Source: the human T2T-CHM13v2.0 reference genome, Homo sapiens
NCBI RefSeq assembly: GCF_009914755.1
Contig: NC_060928.1
DNA length: 64,000 bases
Strand: one strand, 5' to 3'
Positions 57,813 through 64,000 of this stretch are shown piece by piece. Within the stretch, counting starts at the first letter, position 1, and the number at the start of each line of letters is the position of its first letter. Both the position numbers and the translations under genes were made by a program. The notes below the pieces were generated by a model, which was given only the letters and a program-made list of their open reading frames with translations, was not told where the DNA came from and searched no databases.

Positions 57813-58684
57813 TGAACTCCTGACCTTGTGATCCACCCACCTTGACTTCCCAAAGTGCTGGGATTACAGGCGTGAGCCACTGCGCCAGGCCTAGCATTAG
57901 GCTTTTTTTTTTTTTTACATTTTTTTTTCTTTTTTTTTTTTTTGAGACAGGGTCTCACTGTGTTGCTCAGGCTGGAGTGCAGTGGCAGGATCACAGCTCA
58001 AGCGATCCTCCCATCTCCCCCTCCTGAGTAGCTGGGACTACAGGCATGAACCACCACACCTGGCTAATTTTTGTATTTTTTGTAGAGATAGGGTTTTGGT
58101 TGCCTAGGCTGGTCTTGAACTTCTGGGCTCAAGTGATCCACCTTGGCCTCCCAAAGTGCTGGGATTACAGGCGTGAGCCACCATGCCCAGCCTTATTTTT
58201 TTATTTTATTTTACTTTACAGAATCTTATCATCCTGCAATCCTTATTAATAAGACCACTCAGGGGTAAATTAAGTGCTCCCTTTTTTCTTTGAATGTTTC
58301 ATTGTCAGTTAGTTGGTATTTAGGACTTAGGTAATTTTGATTTTCATATGATCTGTTAGTGCTACCACTGATGCCTCTGCCCACCTGGAAAACATGCTGT
58401 CATGGATAGATAGATGCAGCATATTATAAAAATGCAGAGAGTGTACACAAGATGATTATGAGACCTTATGGGCCAAATTGGCAATGAAGTTACTTCTCCC
58501 TCCTGATAATATGCAAGGCACTGTGAGTCATTATGGTAATAGGGGGTGATAAGAAGATGTGCTTGCTCAAAGTGGGAGATGATTGGAAATATAATCAGAA
58601 AGAGAGTTTTTGTGAGTTATGTAAACCTTGGCCAAAATGTAAACTTTAAGTTATTCTGGAAATTATTTTTGCACTTATTCTCTT

Positions 58685-60265
58685 TTTTTTTAAAATTAAT
58701 TTATTTTTTATTGATCATTCTTGGGTGTTTCTCACAGAGGGGGATTTGGCAGGGTCACAGGACAATAGTGGAGGGAAGGTCAGCAGATAAACAAGTGAAC
58801 AAAGGTCTCTGGTTTTCCTAGGCAGAGGACCCTGCGGCCTTCCGCAGTGTTTGTGTCCCTGGGCACTTGAGATTAGGGAGTGGTGATGACTCTTAACGAG
58901 CATGCTGCCTTCAAGCATCTGTTTAACAAAGCACATCTTGCACCGCCCTTAATCCATTTAACCCTGAGTGGACACAGCACATGTTGCAGAGAGCACAGGG
59001 TTGGGGGTAAGGTCATAGATCAACAGGATCCCAAGGCAGAAGAATTTTTCTTAGTACAGAACAAAATGAAAAGTCTCCCATGTCTACCTCCTACTACACA
59101 AACACGGCAACCATCCGATTTCTCACTCTTTTCCCCACCTCTCCCCACTTTCTACTCCACAAAACCGCCATTGTCATCATGGCCCGTTCTCAATGAGCTG
59201 CCGGGCACACCTCCCAGATGGAGTGGTGGCCGGGCAGAGGGGCTCCTCACCTCCCAGTAGGGGCAGCCGGGCAGAGGCGCCCCTCACCTCCCGGAGGGGG
59301 CGGCTGGCCTGGCGGGGGGCTGACCCCCCCACCTCCCTCCTGGACGGGGCGGCTGGCCTGGCGGTGGGTGACCCCCACCTCCTTCCTGGACGGGGTGGCT
59401 GCCGGGCGGTGACGCTCCTCACTTGTCAGACGGGGCGGCTTCCGGGCGGAGGGTCTCCTCACTTCTCAGACGGGGCAGCCGGGCAGAGACGCTCCTCACC
59501 TCCCAGACGGGGTCGCGGCCGGGTAGAGGCGCTCCTCACATCCCAGACGGGGCGGCGGGGCAGAGGCGCTCCCCACATCTCAGACGATGGGCGGCCGGGC
59601 AGAGGCGCTCCTCACTTCCTAGATGGGATGGCGGCCGGGAAGAGGCGCTCCTCACTTCTTAGATGGGATGGCAGCCGGGCAGAGACGCTCCTCACTTTCC
59701 AGACTGGGCAGCCAGGCAGAGGGGCTCCTCACGTCCCAGATGATGGGCGGCCAGGCAGAGACGCTCCTCACTTCCCAGACGGGGTGGCGGCCGGGCAGAG
59801 GCTGCAATCTCCGGCACTTTGGGAGGCCAGGGCAGGCGGCTGGGAGGTGGAGGTTGTAGCGAGCCGAGATCACGCCACTGCACTCCAGCCTGGGCAACAT
59901 TGAGCACTGAGTGAACCAGACTCCATCTGCAATCCCGGCACCTCGGGAGGCCGAGGCTGGCGGATCACTCGCGGTTAGGAGCTGGAGACCAGCCCGGCCA
60001 ACACAGCGAAACCCCGTCTCCACCAAAAAAATAGGAAAACCAGTCAGGCGTGGTGGCGCGTGCCTGCAATGGCAGGCACTCGGCAAGCTGAGGCAGGAGA
60101 ATCAGGCAGGGAGGTTGCAGTGAGCCGAGATGGCAGCAGGACAGTCCAGCTTCGGCTCGGTATCAGAGGGAGACCGTGGAAAGAGAGGGAGAGGGAGACC
60201 GTGGGGAGAGGGAGAGGGAGACCATAGGGAGAGGGGGAGGGGGAGGGAGAGGGAGAGGGAGAGGG
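58685..60265 (-). mobile_element. SVA retrotransposon, essentially full length (subfamily not resolved)
   Basis: On +: T-rich tail, SINE-R (~58705-59200), GC-rich VNTR (~59200-59790), Alu-like region (~59790-60170), (GAGAGG)n = (CCCTCT)n hexamer to 60265; 15-bp TSD TGCACTTATTCTCTT at 58670-58684 and 60300-60314. Confidence 0.96.
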
Positions 60266-60304
60266 CAGCGTGTAACCTTGGTAACTTCACTTCAGCCTCT
60301 GCAC

Positions 60305-60529
<225 letters not shown>

Positions 60530-60773
60530 TTAGAGAACTCTTCAACATCTCCCGAGAGTGGTTAAAGAAAGGGTAACCTTAGCGGCATAAAAAAGTTAAT
60601 GATAGTCGATAAATGCCTGACTTACAAGGTAGACGCTGGGGAGAATCTATTTCCTGAGGAGAGAGATGAAAATATACGACAGCCCAGTTTTCATGTGCGT
60701 TTTGTGAAGGTGTAAGGCATGAGTTTTTTTTTTAACTTTCTGTGTGTGTTACTTATTGTTTAATATCTTATAG

Positions 60774-60962
60774 CCAAAGAAATTAAAAGAGACTGAAGAA
60801 ACACCAAGTGAACTGTCTTTCCAGGACTTTGAGTACCCAGACTATGATGACTACAGAGCAGAGGCTTTCCTTCACCAACAGAAGAGGATGGAGTGCTACA
60901 GCAAGGCCAAAGAAGCTTATCGGATAGGGAAAAAAAATGTCGCCACCTTTTATGCCCAGCAG
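60774..60962 (+). CDS. N4BP2: N4BP2 coding exon 13 (DUF1771-type helix)
   Basis: tcttatAG|CCA; PKKLKETEETPSELSFQDFEYPDYDDYRAEAFLHQQKRMECYSKAKEAYRIGKKNVATFYAQQ; donor CAG|GTAAAG; 189 nt. Confidence 0.94.
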
Positions 60963-61439
60963 GTAAAGTGGAAAACTGATTATATATTTTTTGTCAGTTA
61001 TAATAACTAAATACTCTTGAAGCAGATAAGACACCCATATTGTGACTAGATTAAGTTATTCTGGGGAATGTAGTAGTTATGTAAGTGACATAAATAAGGT
61101 ATCCTAAGAAATGTATGGTTCTGAGAATTTCATCTCCTGCTGTTTTGAGCATTTGAAATGCTCAGTTTCTGTGGTTGCTTTTGCATTTACTGCTTATGTG
61201 AATTACAGTTTATTCTGACAGTCCATATTTCTGGCAGCAGAATATTAATATTGGCCATCTGAGAGTGAGATTAAAGGGGTTTTGTGCCTTCTGTCATGTT
61301 TGAATTTTTGGTAATATATCACTTTCATAGTACAAAAATAACATTAATTTTTTTTGGGAAGTAAAATTTCTACCTGGGCTCATTTAACATGATATTATAA
61401 GGAACTTGCTTTATTTATTTATTTATTTTTTTAAGATAA

Positions 61440-61628
<189 letters not shown>

Positions 61629-61928
61629 TGAGCTCAAGCAATCCTCCCATCTCAGCCTCCCAAAGTGCTGGGATTACAAGTGCAAGGTACTACTTCCGGC
61701 CAGGAATCTGCTTAACTTTTTATGTTTGTGTTGCCATATGGGTTACTTCTTTGTGATTGAGCAGAGAAGAGTATCAAACTGCTATAGGCCTGTGAGCCCT
61801 AACAGTAGTCCTTGGGGGATAGCTTCTGGGGTAGGTAACTACAAAATGTTGAAGGTGAACGCCAAGATGAGACCCAGCATTATCAAAGGATACACAAATA
61901 ATAAACCAGTGATTCCTTCTTGAGATGG

Positions 61929-62453
61929 TGTATTAGAGTTCTCTAGAGAGACAGACCAGTAGGATATATGAAAGATAATTTATTAGGGGGAATTGGCTCT
62001 CACAGTCATAGAGGTGGAGAAGTCCCATAATAGGCCAGCTGTAAGCTAGAGAACCAAAGAATTCGATAGCATAGCTTAAAGCCAGGAGTGTAGCGCAGTC
62101 GAAGTTCAAAGCCTCAGAACCAGGGATACTGACTGCAGCCCCCAGTCCAGGGTCAAAGGCTCAAGAGCCACCAAGAGGCAGCTGGTGCAGGTTCCACAGT
62201 CTAAAAGCTGAAGAATGTGGAGTCTGAATTCCAAAGGCAGGAGGAGAACATCTGCCTGTTTGTCTTAGCCAGCCTCCAGCTGCCCACATGGTTGGTGCCT
62301 GCCCGCATGGAGGGGAGGTCTTCTTTCTGTCCACTGACATGCAGGGCAATCTTCTCTGGAAACACCCTCACAGAGACACCCAGAAACAATGCTTCACCAG
62401 CCATCTAGGTATCCCTCAGTCCAGTCAAATTGATACCTAAAATTAACTGTCAC
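61929..62453 (-). mobile_element. MLT2-type (ERVL) solo LTR
   Basis: tgtattagagttctctagagagacag...ccagtcaaattgatacctaaaattaactgtcaca. Confidence 0.8.
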
Positions 62454-62732
62454 ATGTGAGGATCGTGTTTAGTTAAGTTTCCCACTTTTACGACTTTTGG
62501 TTCAGAAAATGTTAGAAAGAATGACTCAGTAGTTTAAGGACTACATTATTAAGTCACTGAAATTTACCTAAATTTTGGTGCATTCTTATATATTAAACTC
62601 ATTGCATTATTTAAGATTTTAGGTTTATTATTCCCTTTTTCCCCCTTCCTTTTATTTGGGGCACTATTAACTTCCTCATCACCCAAGTAGCAAACAGCAA
62701 AACTGTCCCTTGGTGATATGTTTATGATTTAG

Positions 62733-62901
62733 GGTACTCTTCATGAGCAGAAGATGAAAGAAGCCAATCACCTTGCTGCCATAGAGATCTTTGAGAAAGT
62801 CAATGCTTCGCTGCTGCCACAGAATGTTTTAGACCTCCATGGGCTGCATGTGGATGAAGCTCTAGAACATTTGATGAGAGTTTTAGAGAAGAAGACTGAA
62901 G
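62733..62901 (+). CDS. N4BP2: N4BP2 coding exon 14 (start of Smr domain); CDS continues beyond the window
   Basis: gatttAG|GGT; GTLHEQKMKEANHLAAIEIFEKVNASLLPQNVLDLHGLHVDEALEHLMRVLEKKTE; donor AAG|GTAGGA; LDLHG is the Smr signature. Confidence 0.95.
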
Positions 62902-63271
62902 GTAGGACTGTGGTAATCACAAGTTTTCAATAGAATATATGTCTTTGCTTATATTGGTATAGCTTGCAAATTCAGGAGAGTCTGAATATGCAGGCTGAGA
63001 ATATCTGTGTAACATCTGTAAATGTTTATGTTATTCATTCTTCAAGAGAACCTTCTTGGGAAAGGATCCTCATTGGTATGATGATTAACATTTTCTTCAT
63101 TTGTATTCCTGTGCTGTATTTATTAACGGGAGGGCATGGTGTAATCTGCGAATCCTCTCTGTGACTTATAAATGAGACCTTTCAGGAATATTACATATCT
63201 TTGTCCAATAGACATTTATTAAACTTAATTGATATTTCTTGGATTTCAATTTTTCAGTAGATGCTTGATAA

Positions 63272-63484
<213 letters not shown>

Positions 63485-64000
63485 TAGCTAGTTTTTGTAT
63501 TTTTAGTGGAGACAGGGTTTTACCATGTTGGCCAGGCTGGTCTTGAACTCCTGGCCTCAAGCAATCCACCTGCCTTGGCTTCCCAAAGTGAGCTACTGCT
63601 CCTAGCCTGACCCCAGTTGTTTTTAAATTGAATTTTGGAAATCTTGTAGAAAATCTAGAAAACAGTAAAGATTAGAAAAGAGAAACTTTAAGAGCCGTTT
63701 AAATTATTATTTAATCCAGAGAGAAGAAAACTCTTCAAGTATATAGAAGTGTTATGAAAGAATATTCTTTCTATAGAGGATGAATTAATAGTGTTTTACT
63801 CAATAAATATTTGATTATCTTCTGTATTCTAGGCATCAAGGATAAGGTGGTGAAAAAGACACACAATCCTTGTCTTTATTGGAGTTTATTGTCTAGTGGG
63901 GTATACCATCTAGTAGGATAGATAACAGTGAAAAAATAGTTACATAAGTAATTAGCATTGTGATAAGAAAATACAAGTTGTGGCCGGGTGCGGTGGCTCA

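Noticed and set aside
58200-58670. Continuation of the HNRNPA3 pseudogene on the far side of the SVA
   Set aside because: The minus-strand sequence after the TSD does not resume HFEKWGTLTDC or resemble the HNRNPA3 3' UTR as I recall it.
59200-59790. Regularly spaced ~40-bp repeats that could be mistaken for a CRISPR-like array
   Set aside because: Degenerate tandem VNTR units with no unique spacers; eukaryotic SVA.
59193-59903. 236-aa Gly/Arg-rich ORF and overlapping ORFs
   Set aside because: Stop-poor GC-rich SVA VNTR, not a gene.

Overview
Primate (human-type) genomic DNA covering most of one large multi-exon gene on the + strand: N4BP2 (NEDD4-binding protein 2 / BCL3-binding protein). 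I could splice 14 consecutive coding exons by hand with GT-AG boundaries and consistent phase (15442-62901; 5143 nt of CDS, about 1714 codons). They encode an N-terminal CUE domain, a P-loop polynucleotide-kinase domain, a 2378-nt largely disordered exon, further CUE-like helices, DUF1771 and the start of the Smr nuclease domain. The promoter, upstream non-coding exon(s) and the last coding exon(s) lie outside the window. The introns are packed with Alus (mostly antisense), old L1/L2/MIR, DNA-transposon and LTR relics, a young L1PA 3' fragment and an antisense SVA. Nearly all short ORFs in the track are Alu/L1/SVA read-throughs. I found no wholly new biological system. The most unusual things are: (1) a compound locus in the intron before coding exon 13, where a 3'-truncated, spliced HNRNPA3 retro-fragment (intact 53-codon ORF missed by the ORF track) abuts an SVA carrying 34 extra 5' bases inside a perfect 15-bp TSD; (2) two candidate cassette exons and tandem uORFs around the first coding exon; (3) a duplicated GDWP...QRxxRxR motif and other short motifs in the protein's disordered region.
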